Positions 6,961 to 16,900 of a stretch of DNA of 64,000 nucleotides are shown here, one piece after another (positions within the stretch are counted from its first letter, which is position 1; each line of letters starts with the position of its first letter). The position numbers and the translations under genes are program-made. The stretch lies in contig CAZOJE010000001.1 in NCBI GenBank assembly GCA_964580065.1, positions 23,717-87,716 of the forward strand, given 5' to 3'. This DNA is from an uncultured Candidatus Saccharibacteria bacterium (GTDB lineage: Bacteria; Patescibacteriota; UBA1384; DTJR01). Under the pieces are notes generated by a model. The model had not been told where the DNA came from. It did no database searches and worked only from the letters and a program-made list of their open reading frames with translations.

Positions 6961-8981
6961 TAGACTGCTAGATTAATTTTGCTTTTTCTTATCTTATCAA
7001 AAGATAAGACTAATGTCATAAGAAATGCAACAGCAATCACAACGATAATGATAAACTCCGATTTAATATTAGCCATATTGCCGCCAGAGATTATTTCTCG
7101 CAAACCTTTAACGGCATAAGTCATTGGCAGATACGGGCTAATTTTGCTAAAAAATTTCGGGGATGTTTCGATTGGGTATGTGCCCGAAGCCGAAGTCAAC
7201 TGAAGCATTAAAAGTAAAATGCCTAAAAATTTACCGCCATCTTGCAAAGCACTGATTAAAAACTGCAAAATTGCTAAGAAGCACCAAGATATGAGAATTG
7301 TGAAAAAGAAGAAAAGAATGTAATTAAGCGGTCGTAAGCCAAGAGCAAAAATCAGAACGAGATCTAAAATGATTGCCTGAAGGGCGCCAAATTTTATTAA
7401 GGTTAGATATTTGGAAAGCGCTAGGATCGAAGAGGGGATTTCTGCTTCTTCTTGATCTTTACCGTCAACTCTAATGATTAAAAACAAGACAAGAGCCCCA
7501 ACCCAAAGCGAAAGAGGAATAAAATATGGGGCGAAACCGGTGCCATAATTTTCAACCCTATCGACGGAAGCGTCTTTTAAATTAATGGGATCTGACAAAA
7601 CAGACAGGTTCTGCTCGCTGTTTTGACTGTTAGCGTTATTTTTTATCTCTTTTGCGCCGTCTGATAATTTGCTCGAAAGTGAAGCAGCGCCGTTTTGCAA
7701 CTGATTCGTAGCTTGGCCAACTGTTCGTTGGCCAGAAATTACAGAGCTTAATCCTGAATCAAGCTTGCTAGCGCCATTATCGGCCTTTGATAACGCTGTA
7801 CTAATTTGGCCGGAAGCATCGACTAATTGTGAGGTGCCGGATTTTATTTGCGTGCTAGCCGGCAGAATTTGATTTTTATATGACAAATCAAGCATCTCGG
7901 TCTTGTCTGAAAGATCTGACAGTCCGCTTTTGAGCTGTGACATTCCAGATTGCAAAGCGGCGATATTTTGTAAATTGCTGGCAGATTGGGCTTGATTAAC
8001 GATCGTTGAAAGCATTAGTTGGGCAACTTGTTTGTTAGTAATGCCGTAGGATATGTTTATAGTATCGGGACTATCTAATAAAGTATTTATTGTTTGCAAT
8101 GTGGTTATGGTTGCATTAGTGTTTTTAATTAATTGATCGACACCGTTTTTGGTCTCATCGGACGCAGTACTTAATTTTTGGGTACCGTCGGTAAGATTTG
8201 ATAACGAAGAAGAAACCTGCGAAAGGCCATTGTCTAATTTTTGAGAACCAGCGGCGAGGTCGCTTAATTTAGTCGTAACCGTGCCTGAACCGTTTAATAT
8301 TTGGTTAATTGCGTCTGACAAAATAACTGTCCCGGAATGTAAACCGACCGTTCCGTCTGCGAGCGATTGATTTGCTTGAGCGATTTTATTTGCGCCTTCG
8401 GCGATTTGGCTAGAGGCATCTGAAGCTTCATTCATTTTGTCCGATATCGAAGCGGTTTGGACAAAAATATTTTCGAAATAATTTTTTGATATTTTTGTAC
8501 TTAAAGTGTGAGAAATTTCGCTAGCGACCCGGTTGATCAACTGGGCGCCTATCATGCTGTTGGACTCTCTAGCGATAAAAATCAAATTAGCTTTTTTGGG
8601 ATTGTTAGTCCCAACCGAAATTGTTTTTTGTGAAAAATCCGCTGGAATTTTGATTTCAGCGTAATAATTATAGTTTTCCAAACCTTTCTTGGCTTCATTT
8701 TCGTTAGTAGAACAAAACTTTAATGCGTCGTTGTCTTCGAGTTCGTTTACAAGGTCGTTTCCAAGGTTTATTTTTTGGCTATCTTTTGATGTGCCAATGT
8801 CCTCGTTGACTATAGCAACGGGAATGTTGTTCACACGGCTTGATGGGTCCCAGAAAGCCCAAAGATACAAAACACCATAAAGAAGGGGAATAAGTGTAAC
8901 AACGGTAAGGGCAACACGAATAAGCCGGCTCGAAACAAGCTTCTTTATTTGTTTTTTAGAATGGAATGTGGCTGCTGTCAT
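6960..8981 (-). CDS. YhgE/Pip domain membrane protein (ABC-2-type permease-like, phage-infection-protein family)
   Basis: N-terminal TM helix, a long Ser/Thr/Gln-rich low-complexity extracellular region, and C-terminal multi-TM ABC-2 permease-like helices. It is translationally coupled to the TetR gene, a classic pairing. Confidence 0.8.
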   Translation of the reverse strand: MTAATFHSKKQIKKLVSSRLIRVALTVVTLIPLLYGVLYLWAFWDPSSRVNNIPVAIVNEDIGTSKDSQKINLGNDLVNELEDNDALKFCSTNENEAKKGLENYNYYAEIKIPADFSQKTISVGTNNPKKANLIFIARESNSMIGAQLINRVASEISHTLSTKISKNYFENIFVQTASISDKMNEASDASSQIAEGANKIAQANQSLADGTVGLHSGTVILSDAINQILNGSGTVTTKLSDLAAGSQKLDNGLSQVSSSLSNLTDGTQKLSTASDETKNGVDQLIKNTNATITTLQTINTLLDSPDTINISYGITNKQVAQLMLSTIVNQAQSASNLQNIAALQSGMSQLKSGLSDLSDKTEMLDLSYKNQILPASTQIKSGTSQLVDASGQISTALSKADNGASKLDSGLSSVISGQRTVGQATNQLQNGAASLSSKLSDGAKEIKNNANSQNSEQNLSVLSDPINLKDASVDRVENYGTGFAPYFIPLSLWVGALVLFLIIRVDGKDQEEAEIPSSILALSKYLTLIKFGALQAIILDLVLIFALGLRPLNYILFFFFTILISWCFLAILQFLISALQDGGKFLGILLLMLQLTSASGTYPIETSPKFFSKISPYLPMTYAVKGLREIISGGNMANIKSEFIIIVVIAVAFLMTLVLSFDKIRKSKINLAV

Positions 8982-9140
8982 TTTATGTACCGACTAGTCA
9001 GTATAATAAAACAAATCTGCAATTTCGTCAAGACCCTTGATGCTAATTATTGCTGTTAAGAACCAAATATGGTAAAATTTGTCATGTTAGTAGGAAGAAA
9101 TCGCTTAAAAACGATATATTTGGATCACTGATAATTTTAT

Positions 9141-9215
9141 GGCGGCCGTAGTTTAACGGTAAAACTCCAGTTTGTGGCACTGGTGTCGAGGGTTCAACTC
9201 CCTCCGGTCGCCCCA
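9141..9215 (+). tRNA. tRNA-His (anticodon GTG), including G-1
   Basis: Extra 5' G pairing with discriminator C. Acceptor GCGGCCG/CGGTCGC. D-stem GTTT/AAAC. Anticodon loop TTGTGGC. T-arm GAGGG-TTCAACT-CCCTC. Confidence 0.85.
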
Positions 9216-9222
9216 TCAATAT

Positions 9223-9717
9223 ATGATTTACAAATACTGTCCAGTTTGCGCTGGAGAATTAAAAACTAAAAGTTCATCCTGTCTCGTTTGCCAAAAATGT
9301 GGTTTTGAATTTTTTCAAAATTCCAAACCAACGGCATCAGGCCTTTTTCTTAACGAAAAGCAAGAAGTTTTACTTTTAAAACGCGCCATTTCGCCTTCTT
9401 TGGGGAAATGGGACATCCCGGGTGGTTTTTTAGAAAACGGCGAAGATCCGATTGAAGGATTAAGGCGAGAAATGCGCGAAGAGCTTTCCTCGGAAATCGA
9501 GCTAGGGCCGATTCTGACAATTTTTATAGACCACTATGGTAAAAACGAAGACGTGGTGTATACTTTTAATGTTTTTTACGAGGCGAAAATTTTATCTGAT
9601 GATATTAAACTAGATCATGAGAATTCCGAGTATAAATGGTTCGCTAAAGACGATATTCCGTGGAATGATTTAGCATTTCAGAACACTCATCACGCTTTGC
9701 ACGCTCTTTACAAATAG
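9223..9717 (+). CDS. NUDIX hydrolase with an N-terminal zinc ribbon
   Basis: CPVCAGELK..CLVCQKCGF is a zinc ribbon. GGFLENGEDPIEGLRREMREELS is a Nudix box. The track ORF begins inside tRNA-His; MIYKYCPVC is the first Met after the tRNA. Confidence 0.8.
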   Translation: MIYKYCPVCAGELKTKSSSCLVCQKCGFEFFQNSKPTASGLFLNEKQEVLLLKRAISPSLGKWDIPGGFLENGEDPIEGLRREMREELSSEIELGPILTIFIDHYGKNEDVVYTFNVFYEAKILSDDIKLDHENSEYKWFAKDDIPWNDLAFQNTHHALHALYK

Positions 9718-9724
9718 ATTTCAC

Positions 9725-9801
9725 GCCCCTGTAGCTCAACTGGATAGAGCGCCTGGCTTCGGACCAGGAGGTTGTGGGTTCGAGTCCTGCCAGGGGTACC
9801 A
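9725..9801 (+). tRNA. tRNA-Arg (anticodon TCG)
   Basis: GCCCCTG-TA-GCTC-AACTGGATA-GAGC-G-CCTGG-CTTCGGA-CCAGG...TTCGAGT...CAGGGGT-A-CCA. Confidence 0.85.
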
Positions 9802-9906
9802 GACAATTTGGTTCTTGGCGACCGGAATGCCGTCATCGCCAAAAATCGACAGGTTAACGACAAAAATAAAAAATGGCTCAAAAGCCATTTTTTATTTGAT
9901 CAAATC

Positions 9907-10458
9907 TCAAAGTAGCTTATTAGTCCTTAATAGCTTATCGATTGATGCCTTGCATCGCATTGCGAGTTCCTCGGCTTCAATTGCCAAACCATTATTTTCT
10001 CCGACAAGTCGTGAAATTCCAAGAGATGGTAGAGGCGATCTTATCCCAACATAAAGTCGGCTATATGGCGGCACACCGATAGGTGCAGAACCTATTGTGT
10101 AACCAATGCCAACTCGTTCGATATCCATATCCTCACTGACCGATGCTCGCTTGGGATCCAGCTTGAGATGCTTAGTTGCATTTGCCAGGTCTCTTGCCCA
10201 TCTGAGTTCAGGGTCTACTTGGTAATACTTATTTACAATGTTTCGTTTTCTTTTGGGAACGCTCGGATCTTTGGTTATCCAATCTCTCAAACTAAGGCAA
10301 TCTTGAAAAAAATGAATAAAATCATCCTCTACTATTTGAATATCTTTTTCAAAACCATAATATGGGAGCTTAGGCTCATCTCCCCATTGCGAATGAGCAA
10401 TGCACTTTTCGTATGAGCGTAACATTCGTTCGTATTGTTCTTTAAATCCTCGTTCCAT
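9907..10458 (-). CDS. hypothetical protein (island cargo)
   Basis: Uninterrupted 183-aa ORF adjacent to the recombinase. No recognisable family. Confidence 0.5.
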   Translation of the reverse strand: MERGFKEQYERMLRSYEKCIAHSQWGDEPKLPYYGFEKDIQIVEDDFIHFFQDCLSLRDWITKDPSVPKRKRNIVNKYYQVDPELRWARDLANATKHLKLDPKRASVSEDMDIERVGIGYTIGSAPIGVPPYSRLYVGIRSPLPSLGISRLVGENNGLAIEAEELAMRCKASIDKLLRTNKLL

Positions 10459-10524
10459 AAGATTAACTTAACAAAAGTACACCACTCTTAACAAGAGTTC
10501 GATTTCTTCTGAAGATTCGGTCTG

Positions 10525-11928
10525 TTAATTGATTACCGACAGTTCCTTATTTCTCAAGCTCATTTTGATCTTAAGGCAGCTCAGGAGTTCTCGTTTTTCC
10601 TCTCTTGCTCCCTCGCGAAGCACAAACTTTGAGTAGTCTCTAAGATCTACTTTGTTATCTAAATCCTTGCTGATTTTTTGTTTTAGGATTTTCGACATAA
10701 ATCTCTCGTATCTATTTATCTCCGACTGTAAATGCTTTTGAGTATTAAGCGTATCGACATTGATATCATCAATAATTTTACAAATTTGTTCTGTAATCTC
10801 TTCTTCTCTTACATACGGCTGTTTACAATTTCGGTCTTTGCCACCAGTGCAGTGATAGTAGACATATCTTCTGATTACGCCATTATCTTGCCTTTTGAAC
10901 TTTTCTTCAGCTGTAACACCTGATCCGCAAACTCCGCAGAAAATGAGCTTGGTAAAGTCAAACTCTTTAGTTCCTGGCTTGGCTCTTGGAGCTACCACTA
11001 ATCTTTCCTGAACTTTATCAAATAGCTCTTTTGTAATGATTGATTCATGTCCGGCTTGATACCAAATTCCAGCACCTCTCGGGTATTCAAATGAACCGTA
11101 GTAGTAATGATTATTCAAAATTGCATAAATTGAACTTAATACCACTGGTTTTCCTTGCCTGGTTCTAAAATTGATTGAATTAAGCCAGTTTAATATTGTC
11201 CGGCCACTTTCACCATTTAAGGATCGCTCAAAAATCTCATGAATTACTGGTGCACGTTCAGGATCTAAGAATATTTTTTTGTATCCCTTTTTACCGCCAA
11301 TTTCATTCACATATCCTAGCGGTGGAGCACAGGGTCTGAATCCCATTTCACATTTGGCCTTAAGGCCTCGTTTTACATTAATAACCTTGTTGTCATTTTC
11401 GAGCTTCGCTTGGCTTCCTAAAATCATCAATAAGAACTTGTCATTCGGTGAATTAGTGAATATTTGATTGTAAGTTCTTATCTCAACAAGATAATTTTGG
11501 TCCATCAGATCTACCAAGGTTCCCAAATCACCAGCGTTTCTGCTTAATCTATCTGGTGCCCAGGTCAGAATACCTTGAATCTTGTCAGCCCGAATATCTT
11601 TGATTATAGACATGAATACTGGCCGTTCGGCCGAGTTTTTAGCTGAATGACTTTCTTTTCTGATATCAGCAACCTCCAAGCCATCCCGATCGGCGACCGC
11701 TAACATCTCTTTGAGCTGAGAATCGATGGAAAGAGCCTGTAATTCGTCTCTTTCGGTTGATTTACGAGCATAAAGGCAGAACTTGATCTTCTTATTTCCT
11801 GGCAGTATTGCTTCCATGGTAGGAGGGAAGGTACCGCAAGGGCTGGGCATGTCAAGCTCATTAAATGACTTTACAACAGGAGTAAATCTGCTAACATTAA
11901 GGTTGTTAATTGTACATTTTGAATACAT
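10525..11928 (-). CDS. large serine recombinase (resolvase/invertase N-terminal catalytic domain + recombinase domain + zinc ribbon)
   Basis: FCLYARKSTERDELQALSIDSQ matches the catalytic Y-x-R-x-S-T ... S-x-x-x-Q motif. LTWAPDRLSRN. The C-terminus has C..C...C..C (CGVCGSG...YYHCTGG..C). Confidence 0.85.
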   Translation of the reverse strand: MYSKCTINNLNVSRFTPVVKSFNELDMPSPCGTFPPTMEAILPGNKKIKFCLYARKSTERDELQALSIDSQLKEMLAVADRDGLEVADIRKESHSAKNSAERPVFMSIIKDIRADKIQGILTWAPDRLSRNAGDLGTLVDLMDQNYLVEIRTYNQIFTNSPNDKFLLMILGSQAKLENDNKVINVKRGLKAKCEMGFRPCAPPLGYVNEIGGKKGYKKIFLDPERAPVIHEIFERSLNGESGRTILNWLNSINFRTRQGKPVVLSSIYAILNNHYYYGSFEYPRGAGIWYQAGHESIITKELFDKVQERLVVAPRAKPGTKEFDFTKLIFCGVCGSGVTAEEKFKRQDNGVIRRYVYYHCTGGKDRNCKQPYVREEEITEQICKIIDDINVDTLNTQKHLQSEINRYERFMSKILKQKISKDLDNKVDLRDYSKFVLREGAREEKRELLSCLKIKMSLRNKELSVIN

Positions 11929-12100
11929 TGCCTAAACCTTAGAAATTTTCTAAGGCATGGCATAAAATCCTTCGCAGATAATGAGCTCGTCGTCAGAGCA
12001 TCTGCGAAGGTTGTGATCCGAAAGGATTGCAGGTAGCCGTAAAAAGCTATCGCTGGCGGCGGGCTTTTTGTATCCGCTTCCGGTTAATCGAGGCAAGAAA

Positions 12101-13240
12101 ATGAAAATATTACATTTAAATCCGGATAAGAAATGGGTTCCGGTTGAAAAGCGATACTATAACGATGAAGCTCAACTTCAAGATCTCTTAACAAACGATG
12201 TTAACACTCTTCCGCTTGATGAAATAGGGTATGATTCCAAATTCGTCACAATAGGAAAGGAAGTAATCCTTCAAAATGGTGCGCTGGATGTTTTGGCGGT
12301 CAGTCCTCAAGGCCACATTGCTTTGATTGAAACAAAGCTCGAGAAAAACCCCGAAGTAAAGAGGACAGTCGTCGGTCAAATCCTCGGTTATGCCGCCTAT
12401 CTTTGGAATAAATCTTATGAAGAGATTGAAGGTAATTGTTTTAGAAAATTCCTACTCCAGCGTAAGGTCAATTTTCAAGGTTCGTTGTGTGAATATATGA
12501 AAGAGAAGATAGGAGAGGAGAATTTCTCAGAATCTGAATTCAAAGAAGGCCTGGAAAAGCGGCTTCGTCTCGGCAGTTTTACTCTTCTGATTGTTGTCGA
12601 TCAGGCCAATCAAGAGCTTAAAGATATCGCTAACTACCTGAATGATCGAACTGGGCAAGAAATCGACTTCTATGTGGTAGAGATGCAATTGGTTGGTGAT
12701 GAACAAGAGCATTTTTTGATACCCAGTCTAGCCAACCCTCCACGAAAAAATATTACCTACTCTGAGAAATCCAAGTCTAACGACAGCTATGATCGAACAC
12801 CGATTGCCAAAGAGGACTTTATAAAATTATTATCACAAAATGGCAAGAGAATTGCCGAAGCACTCCTTGGAAAATTTGAGGCAAGGGATGATGTAGATAT
12901 TGTTTGGCGCAAGAATGGATTCTCGCTGATGGCTAAGTATCCGAAGGATTTTGCCGTACCTGGTTATTCCACAAAATTTTCATTCTTATTTTTTAAGGCT
13001 CCTTCAAATGAACAAGACAGCGAGGAGCTTCAGTTTGGTTATTGCGAATGGCCCTATGAAAACATTCCCAAGCTCAAACCATTTATTGATGAATATGTTA
13101 GTTTCTATCGAACTATGCCTGGATACGACGCAAAACGTAAAACAACTAATGCGTTCAATGAATTTACCGTAGAACAGCAGAATAAATTTATTGGTCTCAT
13201 AGAGGAATCAGCTCGAGAATTAAAATCAAAAGTTTTATAA
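12101..13240 (+). CDS. PD-(D/E)xK nuclease-like hypothetical protein (NucS/DUF91-type motif in the N-terminal domain)
   Basis: ALDVLAVSPQGHIALIETKLEKNPEVKRTVVGQILGYAAYL fits the D...E.K core plus the Q-x-x-x-Y of NucS/DUF91-type restriction-endonuclease-fold proteins. The remaining 280 aa are unassigned. Confidence 0.5.
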   Translation: MKILHLNPDKKWVPVEKRYYNDEAQLQDLLTNDVNTLPLDEIGYDSKFVTIGKEVILQNGALDVLAVSPQGHIALIETKLEKNPEVKRTVVGQILGYAAYLWNKSYEEIEGNCFRKFLLQRKVNFQGSLCEYMKEKIGEENFSESEFKEGLEKRLRLGSFTLLIVVDQANQELKDIANYLNDRTGQEIDFYVVEMQLVGDEQEHFLIPSLANPPRKNITYSEKSKSNDSYDRTPIAKEDFIKLLSQNGKRIAEALLGKFEARDDVDIVWRKNGFSLMAKYPKDFAVPGYSTKFSFLFFKAPSNEQDSEELQFGYCEWPYENIPKLKPFIDEYVSFYRTMPGYDAKRKTTNAFNEFTVEQQNKFIGLIEESARELKSKVL

Positions 13241-13264
13241 ATAGTAATTAAGATTGGGGGAAAT

Positions 13265-13846
13265 ATGGCAAAGCAAACGTTTTCGAAAAAACAGCTTCTA
13301 ATAGCTGTAGGGGCAGCGGTAGTAATCTTTCTGATCGGATTTTATTCAGGAGATGCTTATCGCGTAAATAGAATTAAGAGTGCATTTAACAGCATCGGCT
13401 CGTTAGGCGAATCTCCCGATCTCAATAAAGACAAGAAACTGGTAGAAAAAAAGCTCGGGGAAGAAATCGATATTGTTAAGATGAAACTAACTGTTAATAA
13501 ATCCGAGGAAAAGAATTCCATATCAAGCAAATATGGTGATGCGAAGTCGGCTAAAGATAATGCAAAATTTGTCGTAGTAGATTTATCTGTTACAAACTCA
13601 ACTGATAGTGAATTTAACTTTTCTCCGAATAACACACTTCAACTGGTTGATAATCAGAATAGAAAGTATAAAACATACGACGACTCAATTGGCACAGTCG
13701 ACAACTATCTAGATGTGCGTGAACTATCACCAAGCATTGCCGAATCGGGCGTTCTCGTTTATGAGATTCCAAACGATGCCAGTAATTACTCACTTTGGAT
13801 CGATAAAGATGGATCTAGCGACAGATTCCAAGTCGGCCTAAAGTAA
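13265..13846 (+). CDS. membrane-anchored DUF4352-like protein
   Basis: N-terminal TM helix. KFVVVDLSVTNSTDSEFNFSPNNTLQLVDNQNRKY...GVLVYEIP pattern. Confidence 0.6.
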   Translation: MAKQTFSKKQLLIAVGAAVVIFLIGFYSGDAYRVNRIKSAFNSIGSLGESPDLNKDKKLVEKKLGEEIDIVKMKLTVNKSEEKNSISSKYGDAKSAKDNAKFVVVDLSVTNSTDSEFNFSPNNTLQLVDNQNRKYKTYDDSIGTVDNYLDVRELSPSIAESGVLVYEIPNDASNYSLWIDKDGSSDRFQVGLK

Positions 13847-13923
13847 CCGAGTCAGAAACCTCTTCCATACCTGTTACCTTGGTGATACTATTATATAAAT
13901 AATATCAACTTATTTATAATCAA

Positions 13924-16900
13924 ATGAAAGAAGAGCTAAAAGATATAAAAAGTAATATCGAGATTATGAATCTCATTAGGTATTGCCAAGGTTATATAAA
14001 GCTTGTTAATCCCTCGTTCAATAGATTCAGAATAAATTCTGACCCTATCGAAGAAAAATATCTAAGTACCGATATTCTATATCAAGACAGCGATGAGGAA
14101 GATGAATTTGAAATAAATCTGACAGAGTTTTACGAGAATGACCCTAAAAACGTTCCTGAAGAAGCAAAAGAAGAATATGCACAGCAAAAAGAACTCGCGC
14201 AACAGCTCGAGCAGATTAAGAATCGTTTTAATATAAGTGAGTACACAAAGCAGGTTAATCTCAATTTCGGATATTTTAAGGTAGAAGTGCCCGAACCGGA
14301 AGTAGATGAATTCTCTGAAGATGATACGGAGGAGAATAAGCCCAAGAAGAAAAAATCCGATATTTATCCATTATTCTCTTTACCAATTGAAGTTATAGTC
14401 GACAGGAAGTTTTCGATAAAATTGAAGGATGTGAATATTATTCCAAATATCGGTTTCTTATTCGATGTCCTTGGCGAAGAAAAATTTTATGAATTTGCTG
14501 ATTTTATAAACAAACAAGAGATAGAAGGAGCCCTCAGACTTCCGATACAAAAAAGAACTATCGATAACATATGGGCTGAGTTGAAAGCCAAACTTAAGCT
14601 TTCAGAAGCAATTTTTGACGAAAAGTCATTCGATCCTGATTTCTTTCTAGTTTCTCTTTCAGGCAAATCGAATTATTTCCTAGAGCAAGATTTTAATTCT
14701 TTGCTACAACTTGAAGAAACGGAATTTGAAGATACTTCACTGAGCAGCTGGAATACGGATGATCAACTATCAATAGATGAGCCAGTTAATGAACGAGACG
14801 GCGAATTATTTTTTCCATTTCCATACAATAAAGATCAGGTTGGCGTTCTATCTGCAATTAAAAATAAGGCTTGTATTGTAGAGGGACCTCCAGGCACAGG
14901 TAAATCTCAAACGATTGCAAATCTGTTGTGTCATTTTGCTGCAAATGGCAAAAGAGTGTTGTTCCTTAGCCAAAAAGCTCAAGCAATTAAGGTTGTGAAG
15001 GATTACTTAAAAAAACTAGATGTTCAATATCTTTATGGTTATATACCAAATAGATATTCCAGTCTCTATAATAGTGAAGAAGAAAGGGACGGTGCTTCAA
15101 TTTCATTACAATCAATTCATTTATATCTCAACTCATTAGCCTATGATGCTACTGATCAGACAGAAGAAGATCCAAGATCTATAAAATTTGAAGTTGAAGA
15201 TAAAATAAACGAAACCATAGAAATTGAAAGGAAAATTTACAGTACCTATCAAGAAAAAGAAGCATTAGAAAAATATAACATTGTAGCACTTGATTTTCAT
15301 AAGTTTAATAGCTCGGATGATGATGAAATATTACAACTTTTGGAATTAGATCAAACTATTGATGAGCTAAAGAGACAACTAGATAAATATTATTCGGAAA
15401 ATTCCAAGTATGTAATAAGGTTAAATAAATTGTTCGCAAATATTGATACGAACAATAGTCATTACTCTTTAGCAATCAACGGAGTAATAAACGATATACC
15501 GCAGAATGCATTTGAAAGGGATGGATTGATTCAAAATTTAAAAAAACAACTTATCAAGAACCATTTGAAAAAATATACAAATACCTTGCCGAAAGAAGTT
15601 TACAGTTTTTTTCAAGAGATAATAGATAAATCCACCTCAAGAGCAGAGAAGATAAAAGAACTAAATGGGTTAAAGGATTATTTCAGCTTTTGTGAAAATA
15701 CAATAAAGAATGAGTTGGATCATGTCGACTTTAATGGGCGACTAGAACGGATTGGTCTCAACCAGAAAAGTTTTAATAAACTTAAAAAAATTGTTAGCTC
15801 CGATCAGCATGGATTGGAAAATATACGAAGATACTCGCAAGTTCACTCAGAGATCGAAGAAATTAAACTTAGTAATCCGAATGAGCTAAATAAATATTTG
15901 CATAAAATACAGGATGCGGAAGGAAAGTATATTGCGAATTATCTTCAAAATATAATAATCAATAATCTTAGGGAGATCACTAAAAATGCGACGATCAAAG
16001 GAATCTTGGCAAGAATCGCTAAGAGCTTACAAAAGAGCAAGAAAGCATATAAGACATTCGACAAGTTTAAAAACGAGCCGATCAATTTTTATGTTATGAG
16101 AGAAGCGGTTCCTATCTGGATCATGGACTTGGAAGATGTAAGCAGGCTCATACCACTAGAAAAAAACTTATTCGATTATGTAATTCTCGATGAGGCCTCA
16201 CAATGCAATATCGCATATGCAATGCCTGCAATGTTCAGAGCAGAGAGAGCAATTTTGGTTGGTGATAGTGAGCAGATGAGGGACGACTCAGTAAGGTTTA
16301 AAACTAATAAGTCTTTGGAAATGCTGGCTAAAAAATTTGATATTCCCGACTTCTTGCAGATAAAGGCTATTGGAGATTCAGTTCAGTCAATTATTGATAT
16401 CGGTTACAAGAGAGGCTTTATGATGAAGCCATTAACTTATCACTATAGGTCGCCTAAAGAGCTTATCGGATTTTCAAACGATAATTTCTATGCGCCAAAA
16501 GGTAAAAAATTAAAGGTAATAAACACTAATTATCTGACCTATAAAGATACGAATAGAGTTTTAGTTAATCACATCATAAAACCAAGCAAGGAATTAGACA
16601 TTTCCAGCAAGTCGAATATTGCAGAAGCCAAATATATTTGCAAATTAGTAGAAGAGCTCAAAACAGATCCTAAGACAAAAAATAAGTCCATAGGGGTTCT
16701 ATCCTTCTTTGCTAATCAGGCAGCTCTTTTGAGAGATATGATAAAAGATGAAAAAATTAAAGTTTCTATTATTGAAGGAATCCAGGGAGACGAGAAAGAT
16801 ATAATTATTTACTCAATGGTAATTTGCGACCCAGGTCAAAAAAGAATGTATATTCCCCTAACTGGTGAAGGCGGAGAAATAAATAAAGGATTAAACGAAG

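Larger units (their letters stand above)
9802..13846. mobile_element. putative integrated island at the tRNA-Arg(TCG) 3' flank: serine recombinase plus cargo. The right boundary is undefined and may extend to about 18.8 kb.
   Basis: A tRNA gene is followed within about 100 bp by divergently oriented hypothetical and large-serine-recombinase genes, then nuclease-like and DUF4352 genes. I could not find an att direct repeat by eye. Confidence 0.4.
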
